DNA of 64,000 nt from Eledone cirrhosa. Its lineage: Eukaryota. The notes beneath the pieces were generated by a model. It saw only the letters and a program-made list of their open reading frames with translations, had not been told where the DNA came from and did no database searches. Position numbers and translations under genes: made by a program. This document shows, one piece after another, positions 26,563 to 38,619 of the stretch (its first letter is position 1; every line of letters starts with the position of its first letter). The stretch is from NCBI GenBank assembly GCA_964016885.1, contig OZ024743.1:261826001-261890000 (forward strand), given 5' to 3'.

Positions 26563-29046
26563 ACCTGGAGAAAGCCTTTGACATGCTACCACACATTTGT
26601 GTTCTGGTTGTGATTAGGCAAAGTCATTAACGACTGTTGTTATGTTGAATGGATTGGAGGAAGGAGGTCACTGACAGGCCATAATAGGAGAGTAGCTGAG
26701 TTGAAGGGAGTTATTTTATGTTGGAACCTTAGAGTTATGTTCCAAACACCTGGGGAAATGCCTTCTCGAGAGCAAGAGAAACGGAGGCAGTGATAATACC
26801 AGCATTGCTGAAGTGTTTTGTAGAGTTAAAGGTTAAGTGATTTTACAACAAATAGGTAGATAGCCATATATATATATACACACAAGTATCATTCAGCAAT
26901 TACATTACTAACACCTATTTAATATAAGATTAAAAATGTAATAGAATTACAGACAATAAATCAATTCAGAGTTATGAGAAAGTTACAAAATCCCTTCAAG
27001 CTCTCGATTATTTTCAAAATTATTTGAAAATTATAGGCAGTGTCTTTCATTAGAAATAGATAAAGAAAGGATTAAGTAGATCAAAATATATCACAACCTG
27101 GATCGATGCTAGTATGTTATAGAAACCAGTGTCTCTGATCCAGAGTTAAATGAACTGAAGTAATGAAAATTATAGGCAGTGTCTTTCATTAGAAATAGAT
27201 AAAGAAAGGGTTAAGTCCATTTAAACAGAAATTATTGCTCAATACTAGCACTTAACATATCACTTGTCTGATTACTTTGGTACCATTGGTTCCAATTAGA
27301 TTCTACTCATAGAAGTAATTGTTTTCTGATAGAACCTTTAGCAGAGGTCAATTAGGTTGTAGTGCTGCTCCACCCAGCACTACAACCAGCACCCTCCATC
27401 ACCCCACTTAACACTTCATATGTATCATATAATATATATATATATCATCATACATACACACACACACAAACTGATACAGACATGCACACATAGACACACA
27501 TACACATTTACATTTATATACTGTGTTTGTGAATGTTCAGAGTGTGTGTATGTGTGTGTACACACACACACACACACAGTGTTTGTGATTGCTTTTGTAT
27601 ATGTGCCTATATACACAGAGACACAAGTTTAACAGCTGATTTCCCTGAAGAATATATATAGAGAGATAGATACACAGCACAGCACCACTGTGTATCTCCC
27701 TGAGAATTGCATTAAAGGTACACGAATCTGTTGAATGCTCAGCCACTTACACATCATCGAAGCCAATAGAGGCCCTTTCCATATGTTTGTGTATATGAAC
27801 ACATATACACCAGCAATCACAAACAGTATATACATGCGTGTCTGTTTGTCAGTTTGTGCATGTGTGTTTGTGTGTGTGTGTGTGTGGGTCTATGTCTGCA
27901 TGTGTGTATGTGACTTTGCAAAAGAGGGTTTGTTTCTTAACCTCAGTTAATCTGAAGTGTTAGTTAGACCAGATTGCATCCACATCACAACTGGCCACTT
28001 ATCAGGTCTTATACATACATGTGTGAGTCAGAAGGAATACTTTTCTGCCCTTGTACATGGGTGTGTGTGTGTGTGCATGCACACACATATGCACACCCAA
28101 ATACACTACACAAACCTCTCACACTACCACCACTAACAACAACGCACCACACACACACCTCACACACACTCCACACATGCATACACATACATGCTCCCAC
28201 ATGCACACGCACTAATATACATGTACAAACACACATACATTCACATCCTCCCACATACACACACATCAACATACATACACACATACATACACACACACAT
28301 ACCCCCCCCCCCCGTACATTTGTGATAATCTGAAAGTTAGTTTGCTTGACAGTGACAACACTAGTTTTGATGATGGTGATAGTGGTGCTGGTGGTGATGG
28401 TTGTAGTAGTAGTAATAGTAATGGTGGTAGTGGTGGTGCTTGTATGTCCTTATGAGGATAATAAAATGGTAATGATTGTGGTGGGGGTGGTTTTGGTTAT
28501 ATGTCTATCTTTATGATAGTAGTGGTGAGGGTAGTTGTGGTAGTTGTAGTAGTAGTAGTTGTGGTAATAGTGGTGGTAGTTGTAGTAATGGTGATGGTTG
28601 TAGCTGTAGTGGTAATCGTAGTATTTGTGCTTGTATGTCCTTGCTCTCAATCTTATCCATACTTTCTTATCCTAGCCCTTGTTGTTGTTTTTTCCTTTTG
28701 CAGAAACAATAAATATATAAATAAATAAAAAGGGGAAAGTAGGAGAAAAATCAAAACAAAAAAAAATCGAGAGATAAAATGTATATGGTGAAGTAGGAGG
28801 TTGGATTGGGTGTAGATAAATATATGTCTTTTAGTAGAAATCTTTCTCCATGAGTCATGGTATGATGTATTGGTGGTACACTAGATTAAATCTAAGTAAA
28901 CCTTTCAAGGTGTAACACCTTTCTTTTGCTAAGTGAGGGCCCTCCTCAATTGGAAGAATCTTGGTCATAAAGAAAGTAGCTTCAGTTGATTTCCTCTAGT
29001 ATTTCACACACACGCACGCACGCACACACACACATATATATATAGT

Positions 29047-29436
29047 AACGTGGTTGGTGTTAGGAAGGGCTTCCAGCCATAGAAACCAAGCCAAAATACA
29101 GACCCGTATGGGCTAGACGTCTCCAAACCTAACTTGTCTCGGAATGTAACAACCCATCTAACCCATGCAAGCTTGGAAAATGGATATTAAATGATGATAA
29201 TGATGATGGTAACATCGTTTTTGACAAGGTTTGGAGGAACCTTCAGTTGTGTCAAAGACATGACAACCTCCTCTGTGCACTTGATAGAACGTATGACCAT
29301 ACGTAAGTGAGATGCAGACACCCTGGCCTGCCTGGGGGGTTGTAGCCCTGCTTCAGTACTGACCTGGTCTATGTAGACCCATCCAACTCTTCCTAGCAGG
29401 CAAAGTGGATGTTAAACGGTTATGATGATGATGATG
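29047..29436 (+). mobile_element. Two tandem short elements with RTE-type 3' tails
   Basis: GTGGTTGGTGTTAGGAAGGGC..AACCCATGCAAGC..(TGA)n followed by a copy homologous to 1490-1695. Confidence 0.7.
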
Positions 29437-29649
29437 TAAATGTGTGTATATAAATACACACACACACACGTGTGTGTATATATATATATATACACACACA
29501 TTTGTGTGTGTGTGTGTCCCCGCCTCTACCGACGCCTCCAGCCCCCCCCACACCTCCCCCATCTTCCCATCTCGACCCCTCCCCTCCTTCAAATGCACAT
29601 GCAATCTCTGTACTCTCCTCGTCCCACAGCCCCCCCCTCCAGTTCCCTT

Positions 29650-30060
29650 CCCTCTTCCAGGCCTCGCTGCAACACCTGCCCCCACATCACCAACACCACC
29701 ACCTTCCAGGGTCCCAACGGCCACTCTCTTTCTGTCCGGCACGCCTTCCGCTGCACCTCCTCCAACCTAGTCTATGGACTTCGCTGCACTGAGTGCAGCG
29801 CAACCTACGTCGGACAGACTGGACGTTGCCTGGCGGACCGTTTCACTGAACACCTCCGGGATATTCGTCTCGGCGGGAGTTCCCCCATCGCCCGCCACTT
29901 TGGCTCCCCTGGACATTCCGCCCACCACCTCACAGTCTGTGGCCTACTCCAATGCCACGGAACACCCGCCACCCTCCTCAGAGTCGAACAACGCACTATC
30001 TTCACCCTACAGACCCACACCCCCCCCCGACCTGAACTCCCCACCCCTATTCCTTTAGCC
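29650..30060 (+). pseudogene. GIY-YIG endonuclease domain of a Penelope-like element (Neptune-like)
   Basis: CNTCPH..FRCTSSNLVYGLRCTECSATYVGQTGRCLADRFTEHLRDI..PIARHF..EQRTIFTLQT. Confidence 0.88.
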
Positions 30061-31351
30061 TTCGGCCGCCCACCCTTCCTCCCACACATCCCCCACTAAC
30101 ACCATTAACACACTCCTCCTTTTCACTGCCCCACCCCCTTGATCCACCCCACAACTAACAATACTAACACCCCATCCCACCCCCGGCCCTCCCCCAACTA
30201 ACAATAATAACATCCCCACCCCTCCTCCTAACATCCTCGCACCCCCACCCTCCACACGCACACACCCACCTGTACATATATACATGCACTCACACTATCA
30301 ACACACCCTACTACCACCACTAACCCTCACCCACTCATCCACTCCGACCACCCACAACTAATATCACTAACATCCCTCCGACCCCATGCACACGAACACA
30401 CACCATCCCACCCACTCCACACACCCAACCACCACTAACCCCCACTTACACACCCACATTCAACCCTTTCCCCACCACCAGTAATATTAACACCCACTAA
30501 CACCCCCTCTACCACACACACACCAGTACACTACACTCCCTCCTCCATCCCCAACACCTTTTCTCTCCCTTTCCCTCTCCCCGCTCCACCTACACCCCTT
30601 CACACACACATCCCACTAACACCTTTACTAATATACAACCTATCCTCCCACATCACCTTCCCCCTCCACCTTTCACACCTACCCATCCTCTCCCCTGTCC
30701 ACCGCACCTCCGCACACACAGACACACAGTCCTCACCACACACACTGACCATTTCTCCTCCTGTCATCCTCCTCTGCTGCTATCTCTTCACCCTGCCTTG
30801 ACCCTCTGACCACTTCCTGTTGCGCGCGCACCCCACATCTCTCCACTTCCGACCACCACAACCAATGGATTCCACACCACTGGTCATCGTTCCAGCCATC
30901 CACTCCGCAACATGAAAAATATCCAACATCTCCTCGCACACTCCACGGAACTACTTTAGGAACTTATCCACGAACAAACACTCACATCTTTTTCCGAACC
31001 ACGCCACCTACATCCACCCCACATATAAACACAAACACACACATGCACATCCCCACATATACACACTCAGCCTCCGGAACCTACACGCTCCCTCCTCCCC
31101 TCTGACCCCTCTCCATCCACACGCACGCACACACCGACTTACACCCCACCCCACATACACACCTTTCCTGAATATGGAACCTCGTTCTTCCCCCAACTCT
31201 CACATACACGCACACACACACACGTACACCTACACACATACACAAACACTACTTTCAGCCCTCCCTGCTCGGAGCCCCCCGCCTCCCTCTCCCAACTCCA
31301 CCCGCCACCACCCCTACACGCCTCACATCCTTCCACCACTTGTTTATTTTT

Positions 31352-31383
<32 letters not shown>

Positions 31384-32233
31384 TTTACGTCCGCTTTTCC
31401 CTGCTTGCAAGGGTGGGACGGGTCTTATTCAGCACAGCATCTCTCCACTCGTCACGGTCCCTCGTCATCTCCACCGTGAGCTTCAATGATCTGAGGTCTG
31501 TTCTCACCACCTCCGCCCATGTTTTTCGTGGTCTACCTCTACCACGTCTTCCCTCAACTGGCATTTCCTGGCACTTCTTCACCCATCGGTCATCCTCCAT
31601 GCGCATCACATGTCCATACCACCTCAGTCTCCTCTCCCGTACACTACATTCTATCCCTCTCAGACACAGTTTCTCTCTCAACACATTTATGCTGGGTCGT
31701 TCACGCACATTTACACTGCACATCCAACGGAGCATGCTTGCCTCATTTCTCTCCAGCCGTCGCATATCCTCTGCGGTTGCTGCCCATGTCTCACTACCAT
31801 GCAGCATCGCGCTCCTCACACAGGCATCATACAACCGGCCTTTCGTACGCAGGGAGAAACCCTTCTTCGTCAACAGAGGAAGCAGCTCCCTAAACTTCTT
31901 CCAACCCGTCCTTATTCTAGATACTATGGCCTCGGAACACCCTCCTCCCATGCTAATCTGATCTCCTAGGTACCGGAAGCTATCCACCACTTCTATAGCG
32001 CCCTCTCGCATTTGAAAAATGTGTCTATCAGTGCGACTTCTACTGTCTAATTTCCCTGTACATCTACTGCATACATATTTCTCCCTACCTGTTAGTTTGC
32101 CTGCTATCCCGCTACATCTCTTGTGTACCCAGGACCTGCATTGTGTGCATTTTATAGAGTTTATGCCAGTTCCTTTTCTGCATATCGAACATGGCCATTT
32201 CCCTGACGGAATCAGGGTTTTGTCCTCTTTTCT
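31352..32233 (-). mobile_element. 5'-truncated RTE LINE, short-3'UTR subfamily
   Basis: C4HC3 finger, DSFRYLGD, RRLRWYGHVMR, GRGRPRKTW; the stop is followed directly by the (GAT)n tail. Confidence 0.93.
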
Positions 32234-32360
32234 AATGTTTATTTTTATTTGTACTTCTTCAATCGTTTTTCCAATCTTTCCCCCCCCCCCCCTCTTTTTT
32301 TAAAAAAATATCTTTCCACCACTCCCCCACACACCCTCGGAACTCTCTTCCTACCCACTT

Positions 32361-32393
32361 TTCTCCTGATGAAGGGCTTATGCCCGAAACGTC
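32361..32393 (+). ncRNA. Minimal hammerhead ribozyme core of Penelope type
   Basis: CTGATGA-A-GGGC(TTAT)GCCC-GAAACGTC: intact core, 4-bp stem II, palindromic ACGT stem III; stem I partner not evident. Confidence 0.7.
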
Positions 32394-32528
32394 CCCCCTC
32401 ACTCTCAAAAGCGTGAACCTAATAAACTCTTATTTGTACTGCCTCTCTGTTTTTGTTCCCATCTAAGTTTTAACTATATATATATAAGAGAGTATTGAAG
32501 TTTGCTTGAAGCATTGTGGAATAATAAG

Positions 32529-32983
32529 TAAATATCTTTAAGTCGTTTGGAAGCCTCGACAATGCAAATGGGTAAATCTCCGGGTAACAAGATCCGGTGG
32601 TGGAGAGAGAGATGTAAGTGGGTGTCCGTTAAGATGCGTGGTGTGTATGAGATGTGTAGAAGAATGAAGGAAAGAGTATAAAGGATAAAATTAAAATAAC
32701 AACACGAGAGAGAGTTACTTTGGGAGAGATTTAATAGTCCCTATATATAGGGATTATTAAAAAAATATATAGGGACTATTAAATCTCTCCCAAGGTAACT
32801 CTCTCTCGTGTTGTTATTTTAATTTTATCCTTTTACTCTTTCCTTCATTCTTCTACACATCTCATACACACCACGCATCTCAACGTACACCCACTTACAT
32901 CTCTCTCTCCACCACCGGATCTTGTTACCCGGAGATTTACCCATTTGCATTGTCGAGGCTTCCAAATGACTTAAAGATATTTA
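32529..32983. repeat. Long palindrome (~220-bp arms, ~16-bp spacer) between TA runs
   Basis: 32529-32748 is the reverse complement of 32765-32983 with about five differences. Confidence 0.93.
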
Positions 32984-33037
32984 TATATATATATATATAT
33001 ACACCCTTGCAAGCAGGGAAAAGTGGACGTATGATGA

Positions 33038-33071
<34 letters not shown>

Positions 33072-33384
33072 GGCTCATGACTAGAAGAAAATGGATATGA
33101 AGATATAGTAGGTCCTGCACAAAGCAATAGAAAGGTCCTTGGGAATTCTCAATTCTTACCATACTACGCCATGAAGGAGAGAAGGGTTGCCGGAAGAAAT
33201 GTGAGGTTGCCATGTGGCCTTGGTGCAGTGCAACCAACAGGGACAATATGAGTCTTGGGAGGAATTTGTGGTTGAGCAGAAGATCAGATGGAAAGAATTG
33301 TGGTCATAGGAGCCTGTCATGGTGTTGATTTAATCAACTTTTCTCTCTGCCGAAAATTGTTGGTTTGTGCCTTTATCAGAAACC

Positions 33385-34260
33385 ATTATTGGTGGATTGG
33401 CAGTAGAGAGAGCATCAGACAACATGCTTTGTGGCATAGAATTATGTCCCTTTATGTTCTGAGTTCAAATCTTATTGAGGTTAGCTTTGCCTTTTATTTT
33501 TACTGGTTTGATAAAATAAAGTATCAGTAATGCACTGAAATTGAGTTTCCCCTTCCCTTGAAGTTGATGGCCTTGTATCAAAAGTAGAAACAATAATCAT
33601 TATTATTCCATGCTTTACAGCATAGGGTTATGGCCCTTTACGTTCTGGGTTCAAATCCTGCCGAGGTTAACTTTGCCTTTCATCCTTACGGGGTCGATAA
33701 AATAAAGTACCAGTAATGCACTGGGTAATTGCTGGCCTTGTGCCAAAAGTGGAAATAATTGTTATTAAATTATCATAGGGTGGTGAATTGGCAGTATCGG
33801 TAGAGTGTCAGCCAACATACTTCGTGGCATAGGGTTAATGCCCTTTACGTTCTGAGTTCAAATCCTGCCAAGGTTTGCTTTGCCTTTCATCCTTACGAGG
33901 TTGATAAAATAAAGTACCAGTAACACACTGAGGTTGATTTAATCGACTTTCCCATCCCTCAAAATGATTGGCCTTGTACCTAAATCAGAAACTATTATTA
34001 TTGAATTATTATCATCATCATCATCATCATCAAGTTTGGTGGATTAGCACAATCATTAAACTGTTAGATAAAAGGCTTTAGAATATTTGTTCCTGCTCTT
34101 TAGATTTTGAGTTCAAACCCCACCGAGGTTAATGTTGCCTTTTAACCCTCCAGGGTAATGAAATAAAAATGCCATTCAAGAGCTGTGTTAATTTAATCAA
34201 CTAACCTCTGCCCTCAATTTTTTGGCCTTGTGTCTATATTAGAAACTGTTATTATTATTG
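33385..34260 (+). mobile_element. Cluster of four head-to-tail tRNA-type SINEs (Nin/Deu-like core)
   Basis: Four repeats of GTTCAAATC..CTTTGCCTTTCATCC..GATAAAATAAAGTACCAG..TGGCCTTGT..AGAAAC(ATT)n. Confidence 0.8.
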
Positions 34261-34289
34261 TTTCATTTTTTACTTCTTGCTGTTTTTAG

Positions 34290-34457
34290 CGGCTCCTTCA
34301 GAACACCCCTAAAGACCATCCAGACTCAAAATTACTCATGCAAGCAGAGAAAGTAATGCATGAAATGGCTTTAAAGATTGGCACAATCAATGACAGTCAA
34401 CAGGAAGAGGGACAGCATGAAACACTTCGGAAATTAGAATTGCTTCTAATCACAGAT
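34290..34457 (+). CDS. ARHGEF17: RhoGEF ARHGEF17-like, coding exon D (end of DH domain)
   Basis: ttttag|..|gtaagt, 168 nt, phase 0/0; RLLQNTPKDHPDSKLLMQAEKVMHEMALKI. Confidence 0.92.
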
Positions 34458-34486
34458 GTAAGTATTAACTCTGTTACTTTCACTCT

Positions 34487-34715
34487 TTAACCTTTTAGCA
34501 ACTAAATCAGCTGTATCTGGCCAGAATTCTCTGACCTCTTTCTGTTCAAACCAGCCATAACTAGCCACTCATATTGATGTTAAGGTATTTTTCTCAAAAT
34601 AATTAACATCAAAATCTCGTAGATTCGATATTATGTAAGATAATTATGTAAGATAAAGCCTTTACAACAAAAATACAATAGTAAATATAGAGTAATGTAA
34701 ATGCTAAAGGGTTAA
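34487..34715. mobile_element. TTAA-flanked piggyBac-type MITE, copy 3
   Basis: Collinear with 10617-10840; same TIRs. Confidence 0.8.
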
Positions 34716-35102
34716 AGAAAACAATGTACAGTAGGACCACATCTTACATAGTTTTAAAAAGTGTAGTTTTGAACATAAGTAGTTGGGAAATGTTTTATTT
34801 TTATTTATTTAAAATTTGTAAAATTCTTAAGGTACTGTTCCATGTGAAGCTACATCACCTTATATAAGAAAGAGAACTCTACCTCTTACCACTCTCATTC
34901 TCTTCCTGGATTTTCTCAAGCTCCGGATAACCAGTCTCCTCCAAAACATTGGCATATGATGATGATGATGATAATGAAATACTTTTATATAAGTGTTTGG
35001 AACATGTGTTGTTTTTATTTTTAATAATTCAGAGGCATAACAACTCCACCTTCTCATGTATTAAAATGAGTAATTCAGTAATGTTCTCTAATGTCTTTGT
35101 AG

Positions 35103-35153
35103 TTAGCAGCACCAGACCGAACATACCTACGCCATGATATGGTACAGATAATG
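35103..35153 (+). CDS. ARHGEF17: RhoGEF ARHGEF17-like, coding exon E (51 nt, start of PH domain)
   Basis: ttgtag|..|gtaagt, phase 0/0; LAAPDRTYLRHDMVQIM. Confidence 0.85.
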
Positions 35154-35843
35154 GTAAGTTCTTGCTTTAGTCTCTTCTCTCTTGTTGATCTTTTCAAAAG
35201 TTCCAGACATTTAGTTTATTGCCATGTATTTCAAAGTTTCCCAAAAATATCTCTCTCACAGTATCAGGAAGAGTTTCAGAGACGAGTGTGCGTGCAGTGG
35301 TCAGTATATATGTGTAGAATGCCTATGTTGTGTACAGTGTTTGCATGCTCAGAATGGTGTGTATGAGTATGTGTAATAAAATTTAACATCTATGTGAATA
35401 TGCATGTCCAGCATCACATGCCACTATGACCAATGTAAGTGTGAGTAAAGTTGTTCTTGATTTCACTGATTGAGATAGGGTTAACATTGGTAGTTGTAGT
35501 AGCACTCATTATTATCGATCTCTGTCATTTCAACTGAACTCAACCTGCAACTTCCAATGTGATATCAGCTGAAGCAATACCAATGAAGAAGTGCAGGTTC
35601 CTTGTGTTAGTGGTAGCTTTCAAGTAAACAAGACTCGGGCTGCAGATGCTTTCAATACTGGCTCAAAATTCCTGGCATGGGTTGATCTTTCTCAAACATA
35701 ACATAAATATTCCATAGAGGAATAGTACAAGGCCAGAGTTGTAGATCATAACATATGCTGTATTTCTCCATTTGGAGTTGGGTAGTTGTGTAATATTCTA
35801 TTTCAGGAAATAACTTTCAATTTAATTTTTTTTTACCTTTTCC

Positions 35844-36070
35844 TTAACTCCTAATGTCCTGTACCACCCAAACCACATTTTCAAGGTAATCCTGAAAAGT
35901 ACAAAACAACACTATGATTGTATCACATTAACAATTGAGAAGTTTGTACTTTAGTTTAATGCCGCAAATTTTCACAATTTCTACATCAATAAAAATACTA
36001 TAAACATTTGAATTAACAAATCTGCGTTTAAATATCTTCTGCTAAATTATCACAGAATGTTAAGAGTTAA
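35844..36070. mobile_element. Second TTAA-ended MITE family (related copies at ~38320-38464 and ~49044-49265)
   Basis: TTAACTCCTAA..TTAAGAGTTAA ends; internal GAAAAGTACAAAAC..AAACATTTGAAT shared between copies. Confidence 0.6.
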
Positions 36071-36419
36071 AGGCGAAAGCTTTTTTATGGCGGGAAAGGC
36101 AGCACTTCTGAGACTGATGGAAGGAAGAGATGGTATTCTCAAACTGGAAACATGGCCTGCATACCTGCAACAGGTGATAGTGTTAAACCAAGCAACAGAT
36201 TCAGTCTACTACCACACAAACTCTTGGCATCTTATTCAATGCTCTAAAATCCTACCAATCCACCACTGAAAGATGAAAGGCAACGTTGACCTCAGTAGGA
36301 TTAGAAGTCAGAGCACAAAGAGCCAGAACAAATACAGTAAAGAATTTGTTTGCATACATTAATAACATGCCATCAATTTGTTGTCTGTGTAGTCCAGGTT
36401 TACTCCAAGGTAGGCAGAG

Positions 36420-36770
36420 GAGGCATAGTGTTCACAAAGCATTTGAGAGCAGCGTCTTCATTCTTCATTTCCCATCCTTGTTACTGAGGGTTGGGGACCA
36501 TGGACAATTGCACCAATGTACTCCCCTGGCTCCTCTCTTCATTACAACTGTGCACTCAACCAGCATTCTTCCCTGATGTTATCACTCAAGCATCCCTTTG
36601 GTCTTCCTTACGATCTTCTGCCATTGATGCATCCTTCTGATAACATGGCCAAAGTATTGTAGTTTTTGCTTCCTTATTCTCATGACCACATGTCTCTCTG
36701 TTCCCATCTTTTCCAGGTCTGATATGTTAGTTTTGAGAACATTTAATGGTAAAAGGTGGAGCAAGCATAT
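36420..36770 (-). pseudogene. Degraded RTE 3' fragment
   Basis: IRKQKLQYFGHVIRR motif. Confidence 0.6.
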
Positions 36771-37673
36771 TTGAGTTTTTGGAGAGTTAGCATGTACGTG
36801 GTTGCATTTGTAATAAAGAAGTAGGTTATCTACGACTGAGATGGTGTTTACTTCTACTGCTTCAAATGTACTAATGCACTCTCTTGAGATGTTACACTGA
36901 GGTTATCAGCATAGATGAACCACTCAGTATTTTTAAAGTACTATGTGTATATAATGTATATGTTTATACATATGATAATGATGACTATTGTCCATTTGTG
37001 TCCAAAGAAGACCATTACTAATTCTTAACCTTCTTGATACCAACCTGTCCAAAACTACCTCTAGCTGTAGAACACAAAACTATCCATTTTAGAGGAGTCC
37101 TATTTCAATTAAAATATCTTCCAACATGATTTTATATAAGAACCTTTTAAGTCATTCTCCAAATAACATCTTAATAGTAAAATAATTAATGATTTTAGTA
37201 AATTCCTCTAAATTTTTCTTAATTAATTGAAATACAGTATATTTCAGTGATAACTACGTTACTTTCCAAGAGATGAAAAATTCCATTATACAATCTAACG
37301 CTTAAGTAAATTTATTCCACATGCCACCACTATACAGGTCGGTGTGCCTTGGGGTCCTGGCAGACAGGATGGAGAAGATATTGGAAGTGTGGTAACAAAA
37401 AAGTTAAAGAGAAGTCCTACTTTTGGTCTGCTATTCTCTTACTTGTCTTTTGGCAGACCTTAAAAAATTGTCTGTGTGCACATCAGTATGCGAAGGTATA
37501 TTCTGTTCACAGTGCTATATGTGTGTGTATGTACGTATATGTGTGTGTACGTGTGTGTGTGTGTCTTTTGTGATTTAAGAAATAATCACTGATTTTTCAA
37601 TATTTTTCAGAATGTCTTTGAATGTCTACTTTGAAAGACAGCTATTTTGATGTTGTTGTTGTTGTTATTACAG

Positions 37674-37777
37674 AGCAAGAAAGACCAATGCTGTATATGG
37701 ATGTTTAGTGATCTGATTATAATTAGCAGCACCAAAAGGAAGAATGGACCTGTCACCAAAAAAGTTTCTATCATTCT
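37674..37777 (+). CDS. ARHGEF17: RhoGEF ARHGEF17-like, coding exon F (PH domain)
   Basis: ttacag|..|gtaagt, 104 nt, phase 0/2; SKKDQCCIWMFSDLIIISSTKRKNG. Confidence 0.88.
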
Positions 37778-38530
37778 GTAAGTCTTTTTGTTTTTTTACT
37801 CACTCCAAACAAGGCAATAAAGCCACTAAAATACCTAGAAGGGAAAAGAATAAGAAAGAAAGAACAGAATTTAAGAAGAGAGATGATAATTGATGTTGCT
37901 TTTGTAGTGCTCAAGTAAGCAAGAAACCAGAAGATAATTCTATAAGTAAGGGAAGAAACTATCAGAATAGAATTTGCGATTGCATTTAAGAACTTCAACT
38001 GTAAATGGATGAAACTTATCTGCCAATCTGGTACTCTGTTTAAACTGAAGACAAGGCAACGAAGAGGCAAGCTCATCAGAACAGTTCCTCTGAAAAGATT
38101 TAATGTGGAAAGACCAAGAAGATTGGTCATTCAAGATAACTTTCAGTTGGCAATTTGATAAGAAAGACTCAATCAGTTTGCTATATTTTCAAAAATAATC
38201 ATCTTCATTGCTATGACCAATGCCATTACCACCATTATGACTATAACCATCACCACCACAGCTATCAACAGTGATATTACTGTCACAACTACTACTGCCA
38301 CTCCTGTTGCAGTAGAAATTCTTGAAAAATATAAAATAGTGCTGATAGTATCTCATTAAAAACTGATGTCTACTTCAGTTTTCAGAACATATTGTAAACG
38401 TTTGAATTAGCAAACTTATTTTTATACATTTACTGCTAAATCATTACAAAATGTTATGAGTTAATACATTTAAATAATTTTAACTTTTATTTTTATTAAA
38501 GATTGTTTTATAATTTTCTTTTAATTCTAG

Positions 38531-38619
38531 ACAATCACCAACTGGTCAAGATTTTGCTGAGAATATAAAACACAAAATTTGCTTAAGAGTTGGCCTTGAT
38601 GATATAGAGGTGTTGAAAG
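38531..38619 (+). CDS. ARHGEF17: RhoGEF ARHGEF17-like, coding exon G
   Basis: ttctag|..|gtggga, 89 nt, phase 2/1; QSPTGQDFAENIKHKICLRVGLDDIEVLK. Confidence 0.8.

Larger units (their letters stand above)
29520..32475 (+). mobile_element. 5'-truncated Penelope-like element (GIY-YIG end, C-rich 3' region, hammerhead, AATAAA) with a nested RTE
   Basis: GIY-YIG reading frame, long C/A-rich tract, hammerhead core at 32366, AATAAA at 32421; microsatellite flanks. Confidence 0.7.

Noticed and set aside
27420-28730. Cluster of His/Thr, Cys/Val and poly-Val ORFs
   Set aside because: Derived from CA/TG and GTA/GTG simple repeats
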